Below, one piece after another: positions 26,111 through 38,938 of a stretch of 64,000 nt of DNA; the first letter of the stretch is position 1, and the number at the start of each line of letters is the position of its first letter. The stretch is from the NCBI RefSeq assembly GCF_009914755.1, contig NC_060931.1; one strand, given 5' to 3'. The DNA is from the human T2T-CHM13v2.0 reference genome, Homo sapiens. The position numbers and the translations under genes were made by a program. A model generated the notes under the pieces. That model had not been told where the DNA came from. It saw only the letters and a program-made list of their open reading frames with translations, and searched no databases.

Positions 26111-27851
26111 TAGGTAAATTTCCAGAAGCAGGGGGTAATCAACAGCATCAAATCTCCCACTTCGATAATAATCTGAAGGTCTCATTAGCTCTAAAATTCT
26201 CTTCTGTGGCTTTAGAAAAATGTGAGAGCTGTAATCATTGTTGAAGAAACAAACTATCTCTCTTCCTGACCCTTTTAAAGATATGCGTTTTTAAAAGGCG
26301 AAAATATACCAACAAGAGCTGTTTGAAGCCCTATAGTTTACCTCCTATGTGTTTCATATGAGGAAACTGAACTGAGCCATATAATCGAAACAGGAGCCAG
26401 GACTGGAACCGGGTCTGCAGTACTTTCTACCAGCCTACTCTGGTAGTTTGTTGGTTTGTGAAAGCAGATGAAATTGAGAATGCTGCTTGGCTCACCTGTA
26501 TTGTGTGTACAACAAAAAATTTCATTAGGACAAATGGATAGTTAAATGAATTCTGATATTCCTGGAGGGAAAGAATGGAATAAAGCTTCATTGGATTTGG
26601 ACTTGATTTATTTTCTCTACACTATCTTCAGCATGAAAGTGATTTGTTTGACAATTAATTCACATTGTAATAGCCAACATTATACACAGACATAGCAGTT
26701 ACAAAACAGTGTGTGTATATTAATATAACAGAATTACAACTAGTAGCCATCTTCTTCATTTTATATGAATACAAAAATCATTTTTTCTTATATTTTCTTT
26801 ACAAATTAAGCCTCTTGTAAAACACCCAACCCCAAGCTACCCCTTTTCAGAATCTTGCAATGCATTATGAATATTTTAGAAAGTTAGATAGAAAAAACAA
26901 GGTGGTAAAAATTTAATTTGTGCCAGCTAATAGATTTGGTTAATTGACAAGGTGTCTATTTTGAATATTAAGGGATTTTCTTTAGCACTTTCCCAGAAAA
27001 TCTATTTTTGAAGTTATCTATTTTAACAATCTAATAAAGTTGGCCCTTTTTACACTACTTAATTTGAGCTTTATAGATTAGCTGCTAGAGAAAGAAGCTA
27101 GGGAATACATATTGTTTTAGCTAAGGAAATAGTCTCCAAAGAGAGGTCCTAGATTTTATCTTCTAACTCAAAGAAGGATATATTTCTAATATAAAATAGA
27201 ATCTCCAACATAAAAATTTGCAAATAATATTGGAGATGATTAAATTTCGTTTGACTTTTTGTGGCAAACATATATCATGGGATCATTTTAAATATGGAAA
27301 ACAATTCATTAAAATGAATCTGTTACTATAGGTATGCAACCTCTTAGGGCTTCTTTATGGAAGACAATGTGTACTATTGACAGTAAATTAAACTGGTATT
27401 AGCATGGGAACTCTGCTAACAGAGTTCATTGAGCCAATAAATATGGATCTGCACTTTGATAATCAGATCTGATATTCTTCAGTTTGGATTTAATGCCCCA
27501 ACTCTTCACACATGTACAGGGAGTAGAGGTTTCAAAAGGCTATTAGATAATTTTGTTATTATAGATTATTAAAATGTATATTTTGAACCACTATATAATT
27601 ACTCTGAAGGCCAGAATTATCTAGACTGGTATTTATTTTGTTACATCCCTAGTTTACCTTGTGATTCTACACAGTGTAAATCATGCTGAACTGAAGGCTA
27701 CTATTCTCCAGATATATATTGTGTGATACAGGCAAACCTTGGGTTATATTGAAATCCATGTATTATTTAAGTAATAATCTCTTTTATTAACTTTCAAAAT
27801 GAATTCACCTTATTAAGTAAAATGCATACTAATTTCTTCTTTAATTTATAC

Positions 27852-29125
27852 AACAGATACGTTATTTGATAAGCTATGTGTGTTTGCCAGATATTTGCCA
27901 CAATTCTAGATGGTGGAGTACAGCAATGAACAAAATAGTCACAAGTCTCTATCAAAAAGCAGCTTTTTGGGGAGGCTAAAGTGGGAGGATTGCTTGAGGT
28001 CACAAATTCAAGACCTGCCTGGGCAGCACAGTGAGACTCCATCTCTTCAAAGGGAAAACAAAAACAAAAACAAAAACGCTGGGCATGTTGGTGTGTGCCT
28101 GTAGTTCTCAGGAGGCTCAAGTGGTGGGAGAATCACTTGGCCCCAGACTTCAAGGTTGCAGTGAGCTATGACTGAGCCACTGCACTCCAGCCTGGATGAC
28201 AAAGTGAGACCTTGTCTATTAAAAAAAAAGTAAAGAAAAATTTAAAATAGAAGGAACTTTTGTTTTAGTGGAGGAAGACAGATGTGAACAAATGAGTATA
28301 TAATATATTAGGTAGTAAAAACTGCTGTGAAAAAAATAAAGCAGGTTAAAGGGAGAAGGAGGACAGAGGGGTGTTGTGTGTGCTATTTTTTTATGGGTGA
28401 TCAGGGAAGATTTCTGATCAAAAGACCATATAAGCTATAAGCAGAGACCTGAGGGAAATGAGGCAGACCTAAGCAGAAATCTCAGGATAGTGGTTATCCA
28501 GCAAAGAGGGCAAAGGCCTGAGCATGTGGTATTATTTCCATTTCTACAGAAGAGATTGAGGAAGAAGAAAGAATAGGTAACCATGGCAGCCACAGAACTG
28601 GTGGCAGGTGGTGCTGGGATTTGAACCTTGGTTTGCACAGAGATGTAGGAAGTATAAAGATTTAGCTATATCTGGGGAAAGAGCATTCTAGACAAAGACA
28701 AAGCTCTTCAGAGAACAAGCCCTTGGTGTGTCAGAGGAAAAGCAAAGAAGTCAATAAGGCTGAAACCCAGGGATCTAGGGAGAGAGTGTTAGGGGAATGG
28801 AGCCCAGGAGGTGGTATGGGTGGGGTGAGGAGGGGCACAGATCATGTAGGCTCTTGTAAGGACTTTGAATTTATTCTAAGTGAGGGTTTTGAGCAGAAGA
28901 GAGACATAATTTACATTTTCCAAAGATACTTGTACTGCTGTGTGGAGAATATACTGTAGAGGTGGCAAGGGTGCAAACAGGGAAATCATTTAATATGCTA
29001 TCACAATAGCCTAGGTCAGAGAGAGATTTCTGTGGCTTCTTCTAAGGTGGCAGTGGAGGAAGGGGTGAGCAATAGTTAAATTCTGTATATATTTTGAATG
29101 AAGAGCCACTAAGATTTGCTGACAT
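27852..29125 (-). mobile_element. L2 fragment with nested AluJ and MIR pieces
   Basis: CAGCAATGAACAAAATAG, GCAGAGACCTGA, GAGGGTTTTGAGCAGAAGAGAGACATAAT and TATATTTTGAATGAAGAGCC are L2 motifs; MIR-like piece ~28525-28640. Confidence 0.65.
27958..28240 (+). mobile_element. AluJ, 5' truncated
   Basis: GGGAGGATTGCTTGAGGTC...GTGAGCTATGACTGAGCCACTGCACTCCAGCCTGG plus A tail. Confidence 0.88.
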
Positions 29126-29845
29126 GTGACAGCAGATAATATTATAGTGAGGTTCTAGTAGAAAAATCATAATAATTATATAGTCAAAGCAAGCACATTT
29201 GAATTAATTCACTGAGAATAATGCCCCATTCAAAACTGCATTTTAAAAAAACTTGAATGCTTTTTAACTTGAATGCTTCTAGCATCTTCCTGCTAGTACC
29301 ATTTTCAGTTTGACCTGAAAAATGCTGCCTAGAAATTACTCACTCGGACTTCATTTATACTAAGAAGACGTCAACATTCTAGACCCCTGCATGATATATT
29401 TGTGGAACATTGTATATAAATGTTTGTTGCAACAAATACTGTTGTGTGTGGTTATTTTTAGAGAATGAAGTCATCTGAAGCCATGTTATTCTTAAGACAG
29501 ATTCTGGTCTTTTGGTGACGTTTTTACTAGTTCAAATACTTACATTAATATACATTAAAGACATAGTGTATTATCAGGGATAGTGTAGGTGACCCTATCA
29601 ATTTAAGAAAGATGAAAATAGCAATTGGAAAAATATGCAAATGCAAGTTCCTATCTAATGTATCTGGATGAAAAATTATCTTGAATTATTAAATTTTAGG
29701 TATTATCTCACTTCACCATTTGTTTCTTATGTTTCATTTATCTTAATCAGAGTAACTCAATGATGTTAGCTGGAGTTAAAAAAAGTCTCTTTTTCAGAGT
29801 GGGTGAAGCATTGTTTCCAGTTATAGAAATACACATATTAGCATT

Positions 29846-30215
29846 TGATATAGTCTGGCTCTGTGTCCCCACCCAAATCTCATCTTGAATTGTCATCTGA
29901 ATTGTAATCCCCACGTGTTAGGGGAGGGACCTGGTGGGAGGTGATTAGATCATGGGGGCGCTTCCCCCATGCTATGATAGTGAGTTCTCATGAGATCTGA
30001 TGGTTTTATAAAGGGCTTTTTTCCCCCTTTGCTTTGCACTTTTCTCTTCTGCTGCCATATGAAGAAGGACATGTTTGCTTCCCCTTCCACCATGATTGTA
30101 AGTGTCCTGAGGCCTCCCCAACTCTGTAGAACTGTGAATCAATTAAACCTCTTTCCTTTATAAGTTACCCAGTCTTAGGTATTTCTTCATAGCAGTGTGA
30201 GAATGGCCTAATACA
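29846..30215 (+). mobile_element. THE1C/D solo LTR
   Basis: TGATATAGTCTGGCTCTGTGTCCCCACCC...CTAATACA; perfect 5-bp TSD GCATT. Confidence 0.93.
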
Positions 30216-30502
30216 GCATTATATATTGAATGACATGAATTATTTGCATTTATTTTGAATCCTGTATATTATGGAGTTAAAACTGCAAAGATTTTAAAAA
30301 ATAGTTACCATATTACAAAATTAGGTATGATTTTGTATGTAAACAGCTACTTATTTGGTATAACATGCAGATATAAATAGAATCTCAACACAGTAAACCA
30401 TGTTGCAGAAGGTGGAGCACTGGTCTGAATACATCTTGAAATCATTACTGTTATGACCTCATGTGTGTTCCATGGTGCACCAATGCCTTTGGTTGTTTCT
30501 GG

Positions 30503-30867
30503 TGTTTGTCAGTTATGACTGCTATAACAAAGTACTATAAACTGGGTGGCTTAAACAATAGACACTTATTTTTCCTGATTCTGGGGGCTGGGAAGTCCTA
30601 GATCAAGGAGCCAGCATGGTCAAGTTCTGTAAAGGGCCTCCTTCTTGGTCTGAAAATGGCTGTCTTCTCACTATTTCTTCATATGACAGAGAGCAGAGAA
30701 GCAAGCTCTCCTGTGTCTTCTTATAAGGGCACGAATTCCATTCAAGAGGGCTTCACACTCTTAACCTAATTACCTCCTAAAGGCCCCATCTCCAAATACC
30801 TTCACATTGGCAGTTAGGCTTTCAACATCCAAATTTCGGGAGTAACACAAACGTTCAGTCTATAGCA
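30503..30867 (-). mobile_element. MLT1A-like solo LTR
   Basis: CTGCTATAACAAAGTACTATAAACTGGGTGGCTTAAACAA...CACAAACGTTCAGTCTATAGCA. Confidence 0.85.
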
Positions 30868-30869
30868 GA

Positions 30870-31100
30870 GTTATTTGAAGCAAGGGTTTTTATTAAAAAT
30901 AATTTGGAAAACACTAAGTTAGTAGAGTTAAACAAATTGCAGTAAGACTTTTCAAGTTTTTGATACAAATGTGCCCCACTATTCTTCCATGTGGGAGGGG
31001 GATATAGTAGGGTACCCCAAACTTATTCAAATAATACCTTTATTTCAGGAATTGGCTCAGAAGATTGACGTTCTGAGGCATACCAATTAGGAAAATGTTG
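30870..31100. mobile_element. Degraded hAT-Charlie MITE (Charlie4z/MER112-like)
   Basis: Ends ...TTAGGAAAATGTTG followed by CTCTAGAG, a Charlie target site. Confidence 0.4.
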
Positions 31101-31394
31101 CTCTAGAGTATGCAATCTCAATGCTATTTCTTTCACTACCCTTAGTTGGTTACCAAGCACTGTGATTTTATTATATTGCATACCTGCATACTTTTTGTTA
31201 TTCTTTAATAATATTTCTCTGGTTATCTAATATATGGTTTGAGACAATTGGGAAAACAGTGAATTGTGATCCTTCATAGCACAAACAAAATAAAATTTAG
31301 GAGGATTCAATCAGTTAAACGTAGGAAAAAAGTTAAACCAAAAATTACTACCACCACCACCACCACCAAAAGCATAGATTTCTATAAGATTTCC

Positions 31395-31960
31395 TGATTG
31401 GGCTAAGTGAACTTTCTAAGCTTAAAGGCAATTGATCAAGAAGAAATTAGTTAATACAAGTTGGATAGATGATAGTTCATTAATAACTGAAACATTACAA
31501 ATGATAAAAAGGATATAACTAAAACCACAAGGCAAACAGTAACATAAGAAAATAATTACAACAAATAGAACAAAAGATTAATATTTTTAACAAAAGGCAT
31601 TTGTAGGACTTCATATAAATCTATAAGACATACACAAAGAACCTAATACATAAGGGACAAAAAATAAGAAATGATCATTTTCCCACAAAGAAAATAATCC
31701 GTGCATAAATTTTTTACAATATTACAAGTGTCATTAAGATTATAATGCAATACTATTTTTTGTTTGCTTATCTAATTAGCAAAGATTTTCTAAAAACCCA
31801 TGAGAATATTCAGTGTTTGTTTAAGCACGGGGAGAAACGAGTCCCTTCTAATGAGGATTTGCAAATTGTTATACTCACTTTAAAAAAGACATAAGAAAGT
31901 TATTTTTATCTTCTGACCCCATAACATCCCCCCTAGGAATTTATCCTAAGGAAATACTCT
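31395..31960 (+). mobile_element. Ancient L1 (L1ME-type) fragment
   Basis: A-rich, degraded ORF2/3'UTR motifs (CTAGGAATTTATCCTAAGGAAATA). Confidence 0.5.
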
Positions 31961-33444
31961 ATTCCTTCAACAAGCCCTGTTGGCTTTACTGGAAAAACTC
32001 CAGCTTCCAACCACTTCTCACTATCTTCACTCCTCTCACTTTAGTAGTGTAAGCTGCCAACCTCTCTCACCAGCACCACTGTAAGCATTTCCTAAGGAGT
32101 CTCAAGTGTTTCATACTTCCCCCACTTTCTCAGTCATCTATAATCTGTTTTGCACACAGCAATAACATTCATCTTTTACAGTGCAAATTATATTATAGCA
32201 TCTCTGGTCAAATCCTACAAATTTGCTTCCCATTGCTAATTTCAAATTCCTTGTCATGACCTACAGGGTTCTCTATAATGCTGTCCCATCTCCTATAAAC
32301 TTAGTGTTCTCTAATTCCCCCCTGTGCTCTTTGTTTAGGACCAATGGAAGGGATAATTTCATTGGTCAGAAATTTTTTTATTTCAGGTAATAAAATCATC
32401 ACTATTGTAGCTTAAGCACAAATGGGGAATTTATTATTTATGAAAGCCAAGTATGAAAGTCTTTGTGGATGAATGGAACCAGAGGCTCAAAGGCAGGTGT
32501 TGATTATATTGTTTATCTGTCTTTCCATTTTAGCTTCTCCTGTTGCAATTTGACATATCCCAGAAGGCAGGATCCTATGGCTTCTTATGCCTCTTGGCTT
32601 CCTATCTTACATGTTTTGTCCCAGAAAAGAAGTTATCTCCTTAGTTTAATTAGAAAAAAAATCCAGAAGAGAAATCCTGAATGGCTCATCTTAGGAAGAG
32701 TACCCACTTGTGGTAGGGTACCCACCTGTGATAGGCTGCACAAGAGGATTATGTAAAAACAGGGCAGCTTCTTTTTGGAGTATATCTTAGAGTCAGAACT
32801 GGAGGAAAAGGGAAAGCTCCCTAAGGGAGGCAAGTGCCACTGTTTCCAAAAGAAGGTAAGAGAAATGTTGCGTGGTCAAAGGTATTAATGACAACTACAC
32901 TCATTTATCTATATGTGTAGAAAATATACTTGAAACTTTTGATTGGAATCCAACATGTCTGTGGAACAAATGAGATTTAGGAGGAAGAGGTGGGCATCAC
33001 AAAACTTCTTGCCTGTGTTTCATCCCACTTGCTTCAAAATTGTGTTCTTTCAATCATTCTCTCTTCTCTCTAGCATTTTCAAGTTATGCTGCCTCTGTGG
33101 CATGGCCCTCTCTCTTTGCCCCATTCTTTCTACTTAATATCTTATTGCCTCCACAAAGCTTCATTGTAATTATTTGCATTATTTTTGTTAGACACTTTGA
33201 GTGAAAAGAAGCAATGTCTTGGGGTTTTCATTCCCCCGCGTCCACATCATTTTCCAAACCCTGCAATCTGCTACAGTTTTTGCAAAAAGTTACTCTTTTG
33301 AAGGTTTTACTGATCTCTTTCTCTGCCCTACCATTAAAAAAAAAGTATCTACCAGGAACTCTCAACAAAGGGATAGTCAAGAATCAGAGAAATAAATTCC
33401 TTGTCACATCAAACTAGTAGGACTGCAGAAGGTGAAAATCTGAA

Positions 33445-33620
33445 GAATCAAAGTGGGGACCATGGACCACTTGCAGTATCATCACCTGGGGTACTTGTTA
33501 AAGAGCAAATTTCTGGGCCTCACTCACACCTCCTGAGTCAGAATATCTGAGAATGAGTCTTGGAATCCACATTTGTGCAAGCTTTCCAGGTGATTCTTTT
33601 GTGCACATTGATGTGAACAC
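33445..33620. mobile_element. MER5-family MITE
   Basis: ATCACCTGGGGTACTTGTTAAA..CAAATTTCTGGGCCTCAC..CCAGGTGATTCT. Confidence 0.75.
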
Positions 33621-33924
33621 AAAGAAACAACCCCTTAAACTAGGAGCTGAATAAGGATCAAGAAAAACAGAATGGAGTTATGAGTAGGTCGAGAGCTAAT
33701 TAGGAATTTTCATCAGGGATCCTCCCCGATAACACCTCTGTCCCACCAATGCCATTCCTGTTGGGTATTATCTGAGATGTCTCGCTACACTAAAGACGGC
33801 TCTTGAAGGGATAGAATTAATTGAAAGAAAATTTGGAAGTTGTCATGAAGGTTGGTAAAAATAGGTGCTAATGAGAAGAGAAAGTTTTTATGTCTTTTCT
33901 TAGCCTCAGATGAGCAGGTAATCA

Positions 33925-34600
33925 ATTCTCTTGCAGATATATTTGTAAATAGTGAGACATCTGGGTAAAACTATTTGGTAGTTTAAGACTTAGGAGACAG
34001 ATTTGGATTGAACATTGAGAGCTGAGATTCATAAATGTATAGCTGCTTGAGGCCATGGCATAGGTGAGAACTCCCAGGAAAGTGTGTGGGAATAAACAGT
34101 GCCTGGTAGAGAGTCCCAGTGACACTGCTGTATGAATGGCAGGTGGGAGAAGAAGAGTCAACTGGATGGCGAGTGAAGCCAAACAATCAGGGATGAGAGC
34201 CACTGCAGAAGGGTTGGAGGAAATGCCAGGAAGTGTGGAGTGGACAGTGTGAAATGTTACAGAGAGATCGGATACTAAAAGAGTTGAAAATAATTTATTG
34301 GGCTTGGTATTCGATCTTTAACAAGGGTAGTTTCAGTGGTCTGCCAGAGCAAGACACAGATTTTAGTAAATTGAAGGAAAAGTAGGTGAGAAAATGAAGT
34401 CAGAATACAGACAACTCTTTCAGAAGTTTGAGGGAGAGAAATAAGGTGTGACAAACAGGAAGAAGGGAGGTGGATTTTAAGATGTGGCATGAGTATTACA
34501 GGCCATAAACAGGGAGCCCAAGGGGAGGGAGGTGGCAGGAAAGAGGGGCTAATTGTTGGAGCAAGGTCCCAACAAGGAGAGCACAAGGGGGAAGGGAGAG
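33925..34600 (-). mobile_element. L2 fragment
   Basis: GTGAAATGTTACAGAGAGATC, GTAGTTTCAGTGG and ACAGACAACTCTTTCAGAAGTTTG motifs. Confidence 0.6.
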
Positions 34601-36589
34601 CCTTTTGTAGGAACTGGCTTTTTCATTTTGATGTAGAACAAAGAAAACAAGAATGTGTGTGGCGGAAGTACATTTTCAGGGAGTCTGAAGGGTGGGGAAT
34701 GGAAACAGAAGATACCTGAATTCAGAGCTCATAATCTCACCTTGTGTCTTTACTAGGTGTCACTATACTTCTATGATGTGAACAAAGACATTTCAATTTA
34801 CTGGAAAGTACTTGATTGAGTTCTTTTCTTCCTCATCCTCACCACTGGAATGATATAAAGAACCTTTTGTGGAGATTCTGCCATGATTTTAGTCACATAG
34901 CCTTAGCATGTGATAATGTAATCAGGAAGCTGGTATAATACGCAGCAAAATATGGACATAATTATTCTGCATATTTTCTTGGGAGGAAAAGTATTAAGCA
35001 GGCATACCTGAAGCATCCTTTAAATTTTATTTTGAAGAATTTATTGCATTGGGAATTAAGTTTTATGTGGGGGAAAGAGCATTAATATTGAACCAACTAA
35101 AGAGTTAATATTTTAGTAGAGTGGGTCGGAGTAATTTCTTTTTTCACTGAGTAACCATCAGACATTTGAGAGACTGACGACACGTCTCAGACTCCTCCAG
35201 GTGACCCAGAGCTTGAAGTTGAACCAGACTAATTTCTCCCTGCAACGGAAAGGATGACTGACCATCTTTATTTAGGTAAAAGGCAGAGTGTGGTGCCCTT
35301 CATGGGGCAGAATTTCAGCAACTAAATTTTTTATTAAATGTGTGTAACTGCTATTTTATTATCAATTTATTGTATAGAGATTGACTGCTTGATGTAAAGG
35401 CAGAAGAAGCTGTAGAGATAGCATTGTCCATATTGGCCCCTCTATCTTTCTGTTTCTTTCTCTTGTAGGCAAAAGAAACACACAACTAAGTTGTATTGTT
35501 CAGAGAAAAAAAAAAGAAAAGAGAGAAAGAAAGAGAAAAAGGAAGGAAGAAAGGAACTGCATTTAGGCCAGATAGGATTATCTTCTTAATCATGCTAATG
35601 TGAATTACTTTTAATAGGATTAAGTCTCTTGGGTCTAGAGTAATAGAAAGAATCATCTTGGCTATTTAAACAGAAGGTACCTAAGTGGTGTATAATGATT
35701 CTAAGTAATATTAGCATTCTATAGGTAAAGCAGTTGCTGGACATAATTAAAAGTCTCCATTCAGAATTGAAAATTATGTTCATATTTAATATTTAATTAA
35801 ATTTTTTTTAATGTCAAATTAGTCTTTTTGAGACATACTAGGAATCTTTGGGTAAAATGTGTACACAAGGCATCCCGTGCAGTGTGACACATTGAAGCAC
35901 GCTGTTCATGAATCATTTTTCAATAGGGACTTGAAAATAGATTAGAAATTCATTGGATGTTAGTATAATAAGAATTTAGAACCTGATTAAATTGATATTT
36001 CAAAATATCAGAGAAAATACAAATAATAAATGGTGTTGAGATAATTGACTATTTGGGGAAATATTATTTCTTTACCTTATTTAAGACAAGAGTTTCCTGA
36101 TAAAATAAACATTATACATAAATAAAAATACAGGTCACTATTAATACAATCTTGGGGTGACAAAGACCTTTCTAAGCACAATTACCATGATTCCCAAGTC
36201 AGAAATCATAAAGAAGATAAAAAGATTTAACCATATAAACTGAAAGTTTCTGCCATCAAATACTGTAAAAACTTTGGATATACATCTAGGCTGAGAAAGA
36301 ATATTTGCATTGTTTACAAGAGGGTTAATATTGTTAGTATGTAAAGAGCTTTTTAAAAAAGAACAAATCAACACCCGCCCCCGAACCAAGCAAATCATTC
36401 TAACAGGAAAATGGGCAAACATCAAAAATAAGCAAATTATTTACAAAAAAACCCAAATTGCCAAAAACAAGATGCCATTATTCACCTTTCAAATGACAGG
36501 AGTGAAATAGTTAATGATACCAAAAGGTGTCATATTAGTGTGGTGTCAAAGTGAGGGGAACCAGACCTGCTCATACAGTGCTAGGGATA

Positions 36590-36952
36590 TTAGTGTGTGG
36601 CCACATTGTGATATGTGGCCCAGGTCCTCGTTCAACGGAGCACTTGTTGAGCTAGCTGCTGGAACTGTCTTATCTGCAGGGATTCAGAGATGGCCTCAGT
36701 GGAAGAAATGGGGATGTATAAATCCCTAGTCGTTTCAGCCCAATTCAGGACAATTCTGAAGAACCAGTCTAGTTTCAGAGCTCCCCATGGAGTCAGCTGA
36801 GAGTTATTGTTGAGCTTTCATTGTGGCTGCACTGCTGCCTCTGCTCAATCCTTCCTTCCACAGAAATTGATTCTAAGAGCTCTCTTTAATAAACATCTAC
36901 TACACTAACTTCCATTTCAGAATTTGCTGCCTAAGGAAGCAAATCTGCTACA
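36590..36952 (+). mobile_element. LTR16A-like (ERVL) solo LTR
   Basis: GGACAATTCTGAAG..CAGAGCTCCCCATGGAGTCAGCTGAG..AATAAACATC..CTGCTACA end. Confidence 0.7.
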
Positions 36953-37085
36953 ATTGTAAATTTCTACAACTTTCTTGTTTTGAGGGCAAACTAGTTATGG
37001 GCATCAAAATACTTAGACATAGCTTGCCGTTTGATTCAGCAATGGGGTTCTAAATATTCGTTATGAAAAAAAGCAAAGATGTATC

Positions 37086-37160
37086 TCCTAGAAAATTCAT
37101 TGCAGCACAGTTGATTATACATTATATATCCTAGAATGTTCATTGTAGCACAGTTGATTA
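37086..37160. repeat. Diverged tandem duplication, 43-bp period
   Basis: TCCTAGAAAATTCATTGCAGCACAGTTGATTA (37086-37117) and TCCTAGAATGTTCATTGTAGCACAGTTGATTA (37129-37160). Confidence 0.85.
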
Positions 37161-38200
37161 ACTGTACAGATAACTTAGGTGGCCAGATGTTGGATATTGG
37201 CAAGATTGTTTCAACCATACAATCACCATGAGGACATGAAAAATGATACTTTGGAAGAATACTTAATAAAGTAGAAAAACACTTATAATATGTAGAAATA
37301 ACAGGTTTCCAAGAAGTGTATTCATCCTAATCTATTTTTTCAAAGTATGTATGAGTGCATACAAAAAAGAAAATATAATAAAATGTTATTGGTTTTCTCT
37401 GAGAAGTAGGGTTATATATCATTTTAATTTTTGTGGTCTCTGAATCTTCTACGTTTTCAGCAATAATTAGCAATGTCTTATAAATTTAGAGGAAAAGCCT
37501 GTATATTTTATTTTTTAAAAACTCTGTCTTAAACTCATGAGAACTCATATGGAAATTGCTTTGATACTGATTTATTTTGTTTTATGCAGGGCACTCTTCA
37601 GAAACACACTTTTCTTTGGCAGCCTGTTAGTAATAACTTTCAAGGGAACGCCCTGCTCCCTTATTATATGTACCATGCATGTGAGTTTCTCTTTTGTAAT
37701 ACACAGTGCATCTATACTCCAGTCTGAGGTCTACTAGATCCTTGGAGCTGACCAGAGGCAGGGGTGGAGGAGTAAAGTAAAGAGGGGAACTGAAAAGTAG
37801 GGTCTCAGACTTCCCCCGTCCCATCTTTAGTCAGAGCAGCTGTACTTTTATGTTTTACATGTCTAGTTTCTCAGTAAGCTGAGATAGTTTTCCCTGGCTT
37901 AAAGCTGTTTGAATGACAGTTTTCTATGGTCTATCAGTTCTGTCCCTTGCAGTTACTTGGATCACTCTGGAGTAAATATTTGGACTGTATTAATTTAGCT
38001 ACCCTGAGAAATATCTTCAATGAATTACGCTTTAATATGCAATTTATAAGAGGGATGAAATGAAAAATAGTTAATGAAAAACATTTTTATATTTTTTCAG
38101 AATCACTTTGAACGGGTCCATTATGTTATTATCTAATCTCCCATTTGTATAAGAAGGCATGTAGAAAATTTCTCATGGAACTTAGGATGAGAAAAAGATT

Positions 38201-38270
38201 TTTCCCCCTAGTGCAATTGACATGAGATTTTTTAATTTCCCCCTAGTGCAATTGACATGAGATTTTTTAA
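38201..38270. repeat. Perfect 35-bp tandem duplication
   Basis: TTTCCCCCTAGTGCAATTGACATGAGATTTTTTAA twice, with no mismatches. Confidence 0.97.
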
Positions 38271-38913
38271 CCAAGAAGAGCTAAACATCCATTAAGTTTC
38301 CATTTTTGCATTGCCTATGAGGACACTCAGGGTCAAATTCAGTGCTCAATTTTTAGTAATTATCTTATTTTTCAACTACTATCCTGCAAATATCTTTCTA
38401 TTTCATGGTTGTGATGTCTATTTTCATGTTTAATCACCTGTTTACTTATGATCTACTTTTATTGTAAGCTGTCCTAAATCTTTTGACAATTAAATGGAGT
38501 ATGTATTACAAATGATAATTTAAGCTGTCATAGAGAATCTTACAAATGCCTTGTCAAATATGACCCATCTATAATTTCAACTAACTTGTTCATTGTTTGA
38601 ATGCAAATATTGCTATAGATCTTTGGTTAATACTGTTTCATTTTACATATTAGATCATTCTGTCTCCCCACTCCTCACTCCCCACCATCATCACCATAGA
38701 TAGGTGTGCTTGAATTACAAAGGTTCTGTATGCCTCCTTTGCACATAGACTGCTTACTCTAGAGCAGATATGTCCCTTAAACATTTGCTTTTCTCCTCAG
38801 GGATAAACCAGGGGAAAGTGGTTTTCATCATGCACAGGGAAAGTTTATAACAGAAATGTGATGCAGAAAAATGTTTTCCTAAGTTTCCAAATTTCACTGG
38901 ACAGAAAACAAGG

Positions 38914-38938
38914 GTGTGTGTGTGTGTGTGTGTGTGTG
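38914..38938. repeat. (GT)n microsatellite
   Basis: ~12 GT units. Confidence 0.97.

Larger units (their letters stand above)
36020..37480 (+). mobile_element. Ancient L1 (L1ME-type) 3' fragment with a nested LTR16
   Basis: AAAGACCTTTCTAAGCA, GGAAAATGGGCAAA and GTTCATTGTAGCAC motifs; boundaries approximate. Confidence 0.6.

Noticed and set aside
35503-35556. Purine-rich tract as triplex-forming DNA
   Set aside because: Short, imperfect, common low-complexity sequence.
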